Positions 27,246-35,231 of a stretch of DNA of 51,561 bases are shown piece after piece. The notes beneath the pieces were generated by a model that was not told the DNA's origin, made no database searches, and saw nothing but the letters and a program-made list of their open reading frames with translations. The DNA comes from Eubacteriales bacterium (GTDB lineage Bacteria > Bacillota > Clostridia > Oscillospirales > CAG-272): contig JAZSBF010000026.1 of assembly GCA_045602205.1 (NCBI GenBank), positions 1 to 51,561 of the forward strand. Direction: 5' to 3'. Made by a program: the position numbers and the translations under genes. Position 1 is the first letter of the stretch; the number at the start of each line of letters is the position of its first letter.

Positions 27246-27598
27246 CGATAGATAAACTTATAGAGAAAACTGACAACTATCTGAGCGGATACCAAACAAA
27301 CAGAAAGCTGTTGCGCCTTGACCGATACGAAAAGGAATACTTCCATACCGATGAAAATGATTTTGAAGCATACGGAGAGACTCCTCTTGCGCGGGCGAGA
27401 ATGTTTGAGATACGGCATTTTATTATGTCGCTTAAAAATTCAGACGAAAAGCTCATGCTTTATTATCACTATATAAAGGGCGAGAGCATCGAGCGTTGCG
27501 GAGAGCTTTTGGGAATAGGCAGAAGCACCGCCTTTAGAATGAGGCGCAGAGCGCTTATTATGGCAGGCGAAGCGCTAAAGCTGAAAAATCAAAATTAA
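27224..27598 (+). CDS. Sigma-70 region-4-like HTH protein (DUF1492/ArpU-like phage-type transcriptional activator)
   Basis: 124 aa from ATG 27224 (GGAG RBS). It overlaps the previous ORF by 22 nt. C-terminus 'EKLMLYYHYIKGESIERCGELLGIGRSTAFRMRRRAL' looks like a region-4 HTH. Confidence 0.6.
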   Translation: MDENSKIAIDKLIEKTDNYLSGYQTNRKLLRLDRYEKEYFHTDENDFEAYGETPLARARMFEIRHFIMSLKNSDEKLMLYYHYIKGESIERCGELLGIGRSTAFRMRRRALIMAGEALKLKNQN

Positions 27599-27670
27599 CA
27601 TAGGGTTAACAAATTTCTTTCTGCAATATACTATAATATACGCTGATATTACATACAAGTGAGGTTTGTT

Positions 27671-28432
27671 ATGGGAAAATATGACGGAATTCTTATATGC
27701 TCGGATTTTGACGAGACCTTAGCTCCAAGGCAGCGTATTCCCGAAATAAATAAAAAAGCGATAAAGCATTTTCAGGATAACGGCGGATGCTTCACCTTGA
27801 TATCTGGCAGACCCGTAAACGGACTTTCACATATGCTTGACGGAATTACGATGAACACTTACGTTGGAGGATGTAACGGAGCTATTATCGCAAAGCCTGA
27901 CGGCAGCGACGTAATATTCAATAAGTTCATAACAGATGATATAAAAAATGATTTTCTAATGCTCATACACCAGCATCCGGAAATAGAATACGCATCTATA
28001 TTCTTCGATTTTTCTCACATGTCTGTGCATCGCAACTACTTTAACGACAGTAGAATAGAAGACCTCGTGCGCTCTCAGAATATCCACAAGGTATGCTTGT
28101 TGACTTATAAGGGAGCAGGAAACGACGAAAAAGAAAAGATAGAGGAGTTGGCTGAAGGCAGATATCTTGTTACAAGAGCCTACGGCAACTGTATTGAGCT
28201 TCAGAATTTCGGAGTTTGCAAGGGTATTGCCGCACGAAAGATAGCTAAGGCAATAGGGGCTCATACTCTCGTTTGCGTAGGTGACTATGAAAACGACATC
28301 TCTATGGTAAAGGAAGCCGATATCGGTTATGCCGTCGGAAACGCTTGTGACGCGCTCAAATCGGTCGCCGACAGAGTAACGGTCGACGCAACAGACGGTG
28401 CGCTCGCGGCAATAATCGAGGAGCTTGGTTAA
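27671..28432 (+). CDS. Cof-type HAD-IIB family phosphatase
   Basis: 'ILICSDFDETL' (DxD motif), 'LISGRP', 'VCVGDYENDISM', 'AVGNA'. Confidence 0.85.
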   Translation: MGKYDGILICSDFDETLAPRQRIPEINKKAIKHFQDNGGCFTLISGRPVNGLSHMLDGITMNTYVGGCNGAIIAKPDGSDVIFNKFITDDIKNDFLMLIHQHPEIEYASIFFDFSHMSVHRNYFNDSRIEDLVRSQNIHKVCLLTYKGAGNDEKEKIEELAEGRYLVTRAYGNCIELQNFGVCKGIAARKIAKAIGAHTLVCVGDYENDISMVKEADIGYAVGNACDALKSVADRVTVDATDGALAAIIEELG

Positions 28433-28452
28433 TAAAACAAAATAAATACCAC

Positions 28453-28492
28453 GCTTTCCATGTTAAAATTTTTAACTTGGAAAGCATTTTTT
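28453..28492 (+). terminator. Intrinsic terminator after the HAD gene
   Basis: Long stem GCTTTCCATGTTAAAA/TTTTAACTTGGAAAGC followed by TTTTTT (28487-92). Confidence 0.7.
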
Positions 28493-28755
28493 GTTTTATA
28501 TCTATAAAAACTAAAATTTTCGCTCCTATCTCTGAGTTTCATTTTTAACACAAGCCGTTATTCGCAAATAAAATAATAAAGAAACGACTACGCGATCGTT
28601 ATGTCGTTTCTCATAATATTATAGGATAAAAATTCCTACGTCAAATATTTCTTTGCGTGTTTAAAGACGGGGTAAACACGGTAAAAATATACTTGTACGG
28701 AAAAGTTTTGACCTCTTTTATAAAGAGATTATTAGAAAGGCTTGGTAAACAAAAA

Positions 28756-29184
28756 ATGAGTGTTAAACGAGGAGATATCTATTACGCCGATCTAAGCCCC
28801 GTAGTCGGCTCTGAACAGGGGGGACTTCGCCCCGTTCTCATAATCCAGAATGATATCGGTAATAAATACAGTCCAACCGTCATCGCTGCGGCAATAACCT
28901 CGCAGCTTGGTAAAACACGCTTGCCTACTCATATCGATATTTATGCAGATAAGGTCGGTCTTGCGAAGGATTCGGTCGTTTTGCTTGAACAGATACGAAC
29001 TCTTGACAAACGCAGACTGAAGGAGAAGATGGGGCATCTTGACGAGGGCGTTATGAACGAGGTGAATACCGCTATTGCCGTAAGCTTCGGTCTTGGAGAT
29101 GGCGCTGCCGTCGCCGCGCGCCCGATACACGACACGACGGAAGGCGTTTCGGGAGACGTACCACCGGGAATAGTTACGGCATAA
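28756..29184 (+). CDS. mazF: MazF/EndoA (PemK family) mRNA interferase toxin with a ~27-aa C-terminal extension
   Basis: '[48 protein letters not shown]...LPTHI...[17 protein letters not shown]' is near-collinear with B. subtilis EndoA. The tail is '[29 protein letters not shown]'. Confidence 0.88.
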   Translation: MSVKRGDIYYADLSPVVGSEQGGLRPVLIIQNDIGNKYSPTVIAAAITSQLGKTRLPTHIDIYADKVGLAKDSVVLLEQIRTLDKRRLKEKMGHLDEGVMNEVNTAIAVSFGLGDGAAVAARPIHDTTEGVSGDVPPGIVTA

Positions 29185-29216
29185 GATGAAATAATTGTAA
29201 AAAAATATATTTTTTC

Positions 29217-29245
29217 TTGATTTTTTTGAGATTTGGTGGTAAAAT
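29217..29245 (+). promoter_or_regulatory. Sigma-A promoter candidate for the acyl-ACP thioesterase gene
   Basis: TTGATT 29217-22, 17 nt, TAAAAT 29240-45, with a TGn extended -10. Confidence 0.5.
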
Positions 29246-29273
29246 GAGAAAAACAAATCGGGGAGAAATGTAA

Positions 29274-29990
29274 ATGAAGTACACAGAAAAAACTAAGGTA
29301 AGATGGCACGATACAGATGCCGCTCGTCACGTTCGTCCGTCCGAAATACTCGTTTATATGCAGGAGACCGCAAACCGTCAGCTTGATAGCGTGGGACTCT
29401 CCTTGGATGAGCTCAGAGACACGAAAAAACTCGCGTTCATATTAAGCAAGATAAAGCTGGTTTTTCACAAGCAGCTCCTTGCCTACGACTCGATAGACGC
29501 TCGTACTTGGACCTGTGAGAGCAGAGGCTATACCTTTAACAGATGCTTTGATATCCACAAAGGCGGAGAGCTCGTTGCCGAGGCTGTCTCGTTTTGGGCG
29601 CTCATAGACCTTGACGAAAAAAAGCTTGTAAGGAGCGACAATTTCTCGCTTGGAGTTGAGCCTGACGAGATGCTCGAAATAAGCGTACCGAGAAGAATAA
29701 AGCCGCCCGAGGAGGAGCTAACGGTTCTTGGAAAACGCGATATCAGATATTCAGATATCGACTATAATATGCATATGAACAACACGCGCTACCCCGATAT
29801 GCTCTGCGATTTTATGCCGCTTGACAAGATACCGAAAATACGCGAGATGACTCTCGAATTTCTGCACGAATCGGCACTTGACGACACGCTGACCTTCTAT
29901 GGTGCAAACAAGGACGGAAGATATTATTTTAAAACCGTCAACGAAGCAAACGACACCTGCCTTGTAGCAGAAGTAATAGTAGATGATTAA
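29274..29990 (+). CDS. Acyl-ACP thioesterase
   Basis: 238 aa, double hot-dog layout. 'VRWHDTDAARHVRPSEILVYMQETA', 'YSDIDYNMHMNNTRY'. Confidence 0.85.
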   Translation: MKYTEKTKVRWHDTDAARHVRPSEILVYMQETANRQLDSVGLSLDELRDTKKLAFILSKIKLVFHKQLLAYDSIDARTWTCESRGYTFNRCFDIHKGGELVAEAVSFWALIDLDEKKLVRSDNFSLGVEPDEMLEISVPRRIKPPEEELTVLGKRDIRYSDIDYNMHMNNTRYPDMLCDFMPLDKIPKIREMTLEFLHESALDDTLTFYGANKDGRYYFKTVNEANDTCLVAEVIVDD

Positions 29991-29995
29991 GCACT

Positions 29996-30027
29996 ACACC
30001 GAGCCATTTGAAATAATGGCTCGGTGT
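29996..30027. other. Strong 13-bp hairpin without a U-tract between the thioesterase and ECF-S genes
   Basis: ACACCGAGCCATT/AATGGCTCGGTGT with a 6-nt loop. It is followed by an A-run, not a T-run, on the plus strand. Confidence 0.35.
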
Positions 30028-30050
30028 ATAAAAAAACAAAAGGATTACAT

Positions 30051-30596
30051 ATGAACAACTCAACAAAAAAGAAAAAAATATCTTCTAAAAATATAGCCTT
30101 TACGGCTATGTTCGCCGCATTATGCTGCGTCTCCACCTTTATAGCAGTTCCCCTGCCCTTTGGATATTTTAATCTCGGCGATATTTTCGTTCTTATATCG
30201 GCGTGGACCCTCGGACCTGTTTTCGGAGCAATAGCGGCAGGAGTCGGCACGGCTCTCGCCGATATACTTATGAGCTACGTTGTATATGCTCCCGCAACCT
30301 TTATTATAAAAGCTGCCGTTGCCGTAACAGCAGCACTGTTATTCAAATCCTTCAAAAAGCCCAACTCAATAAAGAAGAAATATATATTTCCTCGTATCAT
30401 CTCCGCAATAGCGGGCGAGGCTATTATGGTGTGCGGATACTTTCTCTACGAAGCCTTTGTTCTCGGCTATGGAATGGGAGCACTTGCAAGTGTAACGGGA
30501 AACTGCTTACAGGCGGTCTCGGGTGTCATCGGCGGAACACTTCTCATATCCGCCCTTTCCTCATCAAGAGAGCTCAAGGGCACATTCAAATCGTAA
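30051..30596 (+). CDS. ECF transporter S (substrate-binding) component, substrate unknown
   Basis: 181 aa, about 5-6 TM segments. 'IAFTAMFAALCCVSTFIAVPLPFGYFNLGDIFVLISAWTLGP' is typical of ECF S components. ATG 30051 follows an AAAAGGA RBS. Confidence 0.7.
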   Translation: MNNSTKKKKISSKNIAFTAMFAALCCVSTFIAVPLPFGYFNLGDIFVLISAWTLGPVFGAIAAGVGTALADILMSYVVYAPATFIIKAAVAVTAALLFKSFKKPNSIKKKYIFPRIISAIAGEAIMVCGYFLYEAFVLGYGMGALASVTGNCLQAVSGVIGGTLLISALSSSRELKGTFKS

Positions 30597-30623
30597 TTTC
30601 TAAATAGTATACATATATATAAA

Positions 30624-30676
30624 ATCGGATAAGCTGTATCTCTTGTAAAGAACATACCGCTTATCCGATATTTTTA
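30624..30676. terminator. Bidirectional terminator hairpin
   Basis: 11-bp stem ATCGGATAAGC/GCTTATCCGAT (30624-34 / 30659-69) followed by ATTTTT. A-rich upstream. Confidence 0.55.
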
Positions 30677-31492
30677 TATATTCTCAGGCGTTTTTTGTTT
30701 TTTCCTTCGCATAGGCTCAAAGATCATAATCGCTATACGGAATATAAAATATATAGAAACAATCAAAAAGCTCTCAAGTCCAAAGAGTTCGAGCTTTTCA
30801 GCGCTAAATACGTATAAAGAATAGACAAGCGGAGCTATGGCAAGCGCAGCGTCTATAAAATATATGTCTCTGAGGAGTATGCTTATGAGCACAGCTATTA
30901 CTATCATCAGCGCAATTTTTATAAGTATTTTATCCGCTCCGTTTTCTATTCCTATCTGCAGCTTGCGCTCAAACGGCGACAAGTGCAATTTTTCAATTTC
31001 GTCAATATCGGCAAGCGCCAACATACGTCTCACTATCGGTATAACGTATAGTGAAATGCAGACTCCAAAGAGATTGATCGCCCAGAATGCCCTTCTCTTT
31101 CCGTCCGCGCGGTCAAGAGTAAGCGCGTATACCAAGCTGCCTGCCGTGTGCAAAACAGCAAATATCATATGCAAGTACGCATACTCTTCAAAACGCTTAT
31201 CCGCAAAAATAAAAAAGGTCTGAATAAGCGGCAAAACCGATACAGCCATCGTGACATAAGGCAAACGCTCAAACACTCTGCTTACTACCAGAGAAAGCAC
31301 AAAGAAAATTATCAATATCAACTGGTATCTGTTTCTGTGTATATTATCCTCTGCAAAAAACAGCTTTAATTTTTCAAGCATTCCTTCTGTATTCTGGGGA
31401 TTATAACCGATAAATTTTCCAAGCAGACTGATAGCGACCATAACGGCCGAGAAGCCTGCGCAAAAGTCTGTAAACCTTTTAAAATGTTTCAT
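30674..31492 (-). CDS. Polytopic membrane protein of unknown function
   Basis: About 8 hydrophobic segments and no recognisable motif. The start is uncertain (ATG 31492 or TTG 31573). Confidence 0.5.
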   Translation of the reverse strand: MKHFKRFTDFCAGFSAVMVAISLLGKFIGYNPQNTEGMLEKLKLFFAEDNIHRNRYQLILIIFFVLSLVVSRVFERLPYVTMAVSVLPLIQTFFIFADKRFEEYAYLHMIFAVLHTAGSLVYALTLDRADGKRRAFWAINLFGVCISLYVIPIVRRMLALADIDEIEKLHLSPFERKLQIGIENGADKILIKIALMIVIAVLISILLRDIYFIDAALAIAPLVYSLYVFSAEKLELFGLESFLIVSIYFIFRIAIMIFEPMRRKKQKTPENI

Positions 31493-31608
31493 ATATTCTG
31501 ATACTCCAAAAAATTGTGATTTCACATCTTTCAACTTATATATAATTATACAATATTGAACAATATTTTTCAATAGTGTATTTTTTATTTTACAATTTCA
31601 AAATACTC

Positions 31609-31637
31609 TTGCTCAAAAAGGCCGTTTGTGTTATAAT
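31609..31637 (+). promoter_or_regulatory. Sigma-A promoter candidate (extended -10) for the membrane protein-yycJ-rlmH operon
   Basis: TTGCTC 31609-14, 17 nt, TGtTATAAT 31629-37. Confidence 0.5.
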
Positions 31638-31743
31638 TATCTCATAGCTTTTAGCCGAAAGTGTCGCTTATAGATACTCTTTTCGGAGAGGTAAGCTCTA
31701 ATTTTTAAAATTCGCGCCAAGAGCGCTGTAACGGTGGTCTGAA

Positions 31744-32142
31744 ATGTCTGAAAAACAACCTTCAAAATTCAAAAAGAGCTCTTTGATATATCTTATATCG
31801 CTCGTGTTGCTTTCAGCAATAGTATTTGCGCTATACCGATTTATGATATATCTCTGCTTCTTTGAGGCAGCTCTTATATCATATATGGTGATAGAAACTG
31901 TGTTTGTGCTTGTCTACGTTATTTATAACCGCGGTTTTTCACGTCGAGGTATCACGGCCGAAATGTTGCCCCAGAGCTGGAGCGACGAAAAAAAAGAAGA
32001 GTTTATAGCGAGCGGGGTTAGGCGCTTTGAAAAATCCAAATGGATGCTCATAGTTATACTTGCCTTCCTTTTGACCTTCCTCATAGATATGATCGAGCTG
32101 TGGATAGTTCCCTTCCTGCTTGACGTTATTTCATCTATATGA
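31744..32142 (+). CDS. Small membrane protein (3-4 TM), unknown function
   Basis: 132 aa, hydrophobic. ATGA overlap with the downstream MBL hydrolase gene. Confidence 0.5.
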   Translation: MSEKQPSKFKKSSLIYLISLVLLSAIVFALYRFMIYLCFFEAALISYMVIETVFVLVYVIYNRGFSRRGITAEMLPQSWSDEKKEEFIASGVRRFEKSKWMLIVILAFLLTFLIDMIELWIVPFLLDVISSI

Positions 32143-32957
32143 CAGATATTAGAATCTGCTCGCTGTATTCGGGCTCAAAGGGAAATTCTCTATACATATC
32201 AGCCTCAGGAGTGGAGATACTTATAGATGCGGGAAAAAACGCCCGCGCGCTCTGCCGCGCTCTTTCGGATATAGGAACAGACATAAAAAACATAGCGGCT
32301 ATATTTGTGACCCACGAGCACTCGGACCATATATCAGCACTTGAAGTGATCAGCAAAAAACACGAGATCCCGATCCATATAACCGATGTCAGCGCAAAAA
32401 AATTTGACCGAGATCCCCAATCCTTCGTACATAAAAATCTTGTACGCCATGACTCTATATACACGGTGGACCTGGGAAATCTGCGCATAAACTCCTTTGC
32501 CGTGCCTCACGACAGTATGATGTGTGTGGGATACAGAATAAATTTCCTTGATGCCGAGGGCTCTCATTCTATCGGAGTTGCCACCGATATCGGATACGTT
32601 ACAAATGAAATATGCAAAAATCTTGAAGGCTGTGAAGCGGTAGTCCTTGAATCAAATCATGACGAAGATATGCTCAAAAACGGTCCATATCCTTACGAGC
32701 TTAAAAAAAGGATACTTTCGAACAGAGGTCACCTTTCCAACAAATCAAGCGCCGCTTTTGCCGCTCATCTTGCAAATATGGGAACGTCCTCCTTTATGCT
32801 GGCGCATCTGAGTGAGGAAAACAACACTCCCGATACAGCTCTTGACGAATTTATATCAAACATCGCTGACCCGCGTATAGCAATAAACGTAGCTTCGCCT
32901 ATACAGCATACCGAAATGGTTTTACATAAGGAGACGACCGACTATGCTTTCAATTAA
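32139..32957 (+). CDS. MBL-fold metallo-hydrolase (YycJ/WalJ-like)
   Basis: 'SGSKGNSLYI', 'THEHSDHI', 'ESNHD', 'GHLSN'. Confidence 0.85.
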   Translation: MTDIRICSLYSGSKGNSLYISASGVEILIDAGKNARALCRALSDIGTDIKNIAAIFVTHEHSDHISALEVISKKHEIPIHITDVSAKKFDRDPQSFVHKNLVRHDSIYTVDLGNLRINSFAVPHDSMMCVGYRINFLDAEGSHSIGVATDIGYVTNEICKNLEGCEAVVLESNHDEDMLKNGPYPYELKKRILSNRGHLSNKSSAAFAAHLANMGTSSFMLAHLSEENNTPDTALDEFISNIADPRIAINVASPIQHTEMVLHKETTDYAFN

Positions 32958-33423
32958 GATAATATGTGTGGGAACTCTTAAGGAATCTTACTTTAAGGAT
33001 GCTATTGCGGAATATTCAAAGCGCCTCTCTGCCTTCTGCAAGCTTTCTATCGTGCAGATAAAAGAAGCAAGAGTGCCCGACTCACCCTCGGAAAAGGAGA
33101 TCGCTATCGCGCTTGATGAAGAAGCGAAAAGCATTCTTGCCGAAAGTTCTCCAAGAGCATATAAGATAGCTATGTGCGTTGAGGGAAAACAGCTATCCTC
33201 CGAAAAGCTTGCCGAAAAGCTTGCCTCGGTCTCTGCGGAGCACAGCGAGGTCTGCTTTGTAATAGGAAGCTCGCACGGACTTTCAGACAAAGTAAAGGCG
33301 GCTTGTGATATGAGGCTCTCTTTTTCAGAGCTGACATTCCCCCACCAGCTCTTAAGGGTCATACTTCTTGAAGCTGTTTACCGCGCGTTTAATATTAACG
33401 CAGGAACAAAATATCATAAATAA
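32944..33423 (+). CDS. rlmH: 23S rRNA (pseudouridine1915-N3)-methyltransferase
   Basis: 159 aa. 'IKIICVGTLKESYFKDAIAEYSKRL', 'FVIGSSHGLS', 'LSFSELTFPHQLLRVILLEAVYRAF'. Confidence 0.93.
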   Translation: MLSIKIICVGTLKESYFKDAIAEYSKRLSAFCKLSIVQIKEARVPDSPSEKEIAIALDEEAKSILAESSPRAYKIAMCVEGKQLSSEKLAEKLASVSAEHSEVCFVIGSSHGLSDKVKAACDMRLSFSELTFPHQLLRVILLEAVYRAFNINAGTKYHK

Positions 33424-33427
33424 TTCT

Positions 33428-33453
33428 TCACGGGAGGAGCTTTCCTCCCGTGA
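33428..33453 (+). other. Perfect 11-bp GC-rich hairpin between rlmH and gatC (no U-tract)
   Basis: TCACGGGAGGA-gctt-TCCTCCCGTGA. Confidence 0.4.
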
Positions 33454-33472
33454 GTCATAAAAAGGAACAACT

Positions 33473-33772
33473 ATGAAAGAAACGATAGTTTTGAACGATA
33501 CTTTATGCGAGCATATCGCAGATCTGGCAAAGCTTAACATAAACGAAGAAGAAAAAGAAACTATCCTCAAGGATATGAACGATATCGTTGGCTTTGTCTC
33601 AAGCCTTTGCAAAGCCTCAAGCAATTGCAACGTAGCTGCCTCGCCCGTTTCACCAAAGAATTCTATGCGAGAGGATATCCCCGAAGAAAGCTTTCCTCGC
33701 CAAAAAATATTATCGGCATCAAGCTCTCTGCAAAACGGATATATCACCGTACCAAAGGTAATAGAGGCATAA
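33473..33772 (+). CDS. gatC: Asp/Glu-tRNA amidotransferase subunit C
   Basis: 99 aa. 'IADLAKLNINEEEKE', followed directly by gatA and gatB. Confidence 0.85.
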   Translation: MKETIVLNDTLCEHIADLAKLNINEEEKETILKDMNDIVGFVSSLCKASSNCNVAASPVSPKNSMREDIPEESFPRQKILSASSSLQNGYITVPKVIEA

Positions 33773-33776
33773 GAAT

Positions 33777-35231
33777 ATGACAGATATAACAAAAAGAGAC
33801 TTATTGTCTCACTCAAAAGCACTGATCTCGAAGGAATATTCCTCAGAAGAACTAGTACGTGCCTATCTTTCAAAAATAGAGTCCGAAAACAAAAATTTGA
33901 ATGCCTTTATAACACTATGTCACGACTCGGCAATAGAAGAAGCGAGAAGATCCGACGCAAGACGGGCTGCGGGCGAGCAGCTTAGCGCTCTTGACGGCAT
34001 ACCGATAGCGATAAAAGACAATATCTGCACAGAAAGCATACGTACCACCTGCGCTTCAAAGATGCTTTCAAATTATATCCCGCCTTACGACGCTACCGTA
34101 ATAACACGTTTGAAGGCCTCGGGCATTATAACGATCGGAAAAACCAATATGGACGAATTTGCGATGGGCTCTACGGGAGAAAACTCCTATTTCGGCACTA
34201 TACGCAATCCGCTTGATAAAGATAGATCCGCGGGCGGAAGCTCGGGCGGCTCTGCCGCCGCGGTTGCCGCTGATCTCATTCCCGCCGCACTCGGCTCTGA
34301 CACGGGCGGCTCGGTGCGTCAACCCGCTTCGTTCTGCGGTCTCGTAGGAATGAAGCCGACCTATGGCAGAGTTTCACGTTATGGACTTGTCGCATTCGCT
34401 CCGTCGCTTGAGCAAATAGGAATACTCACAAGAAACGTAAAAGACAACGCAGCGCTGCTTAATGTCATATCGGGCTACGACAAAAGAGACAGTATGTCTC
34501 TCGATGTGCCGAACGAGGATTTTTTACCTCAAGCAGCTTGTTCCGTAAAGGATATAAAATTTGCTTTACCCAAAGAGCTTTTAGGCGAAACAATATCAAA
34601 AAGCATAAAATCGAAAATTTTGCATACAGCCAACCTTCTTTCAAATGCGGGGGCGCAAATCTGCGAGATAAGTATTCCTTCTTTCAAATATGCGGCAGAA
34701 GCTTATTACGTAATATCAAGCGCCGAGGCATCCTCAAACCTTGCAAGATTTGACGGAGTGAGATATGGAGAAAGAAGTGAGAAATTTTCAAACCTCGACG
34801 AGCTCTATAAAAATTCCCGAACCGAAAGCTTTGGCAAAGAAGTGAAAAGACGGATTATGCTTGGCACATTCGTCCTTTCCGCAGGATACCGAGACGAGTA
34901 TTATAAACGGGCAGTAAAGGTCCGTGAAAATATAAAAGCAGAGCTTGCAAAAGCCTTTGAGCTGTGTGCTGTTCTCATCTCTCCCACGTCTCCCACAGAG
35001 ACATATAGTCTCAACACCCAAAGAAAAAGCGCCGCCGACATATATGCCGACGACGCGTGCACTGTCGTAGCGAACCTCGCAGGACTCCCCGCACTCTCAA
35101 TTCCTTGCGGGCTTGACGATAATTCTATGCCTATCGGCATTCAGCTTATCGGAAATATGCTCTCAGAAAAACAATTATATCGCGCTGCCGAAGAAATCCA
35201 TGGACTTTTGGAGGTGCAGGATGAAAAATAA
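33777..35231 (+). CDS. gatA: Asp/Glu-tRNA amidotransferase subunit A
   Basis: Amidase signature 'GGSSGGSAAAVAA', 'GSDTGGSVRQPA'. Confidence 0.95.
   Translation: MTDITKRDLLSHSKALISKEYSSEELVRAYLSKIESENKNLNAFITLCHDSAIEEARRSDARRAAGEQLSALDGIPIAIKDNICTESIRTTCASKMLSNYIPPYDATVITRLKASGIITIGKTNMDEFAMGSTGENSYFGTIRNPLDKDRSAGGSSGGSAAAVAADLIPAALGSDTGGSVRQPASFCGLVGMKPTYGRVSRYGLVAFAPSLEQIGILTRNVKDNAALLNVISGYDKRDSMSLDVPNEDFLPQAACSVKDIKFALPKELLGETISKSIKSKILHTANLLSNAGAQICEISIPSFKYAAEAYYVISSAEASSNLARFDGVRYGERSEKFSNLDELYKNSRTESFGKEVKRRIMLGTFVLSAGYRDEYYKRAVKVRENIKAELAKAFELCAVLISPTSPTETYSLNTQRKSAADIYADDACTVVANLAGLPALSIPCGLDDNSMPIGIQLIGNMLSEKQLYRAAEEIHGLLEVQDEK

Noticed and set aside
26237-28432. Prophage or integrative element suggested by the CI/LexA-like repressor and the ArpU/DUF1492-like activator.
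   Set aside because: There is no integrase, excisionase, replication, packaging, structural or lysis gene, and no flanking att-like repeats or tRNA. The neighbours are housekeeping genes. At most this is a domesticated or remnant regulatory module.
28657-28755. 33-codon in-frame N-terminal extension of mazF (GTG 28657) considered as a fused antitoxin or alternative start.
   Set aside because: No RBS precedes the GTG and there is no similarity to MazE/EndoAI. The homology to EndoA begins exactly at Met 28756.
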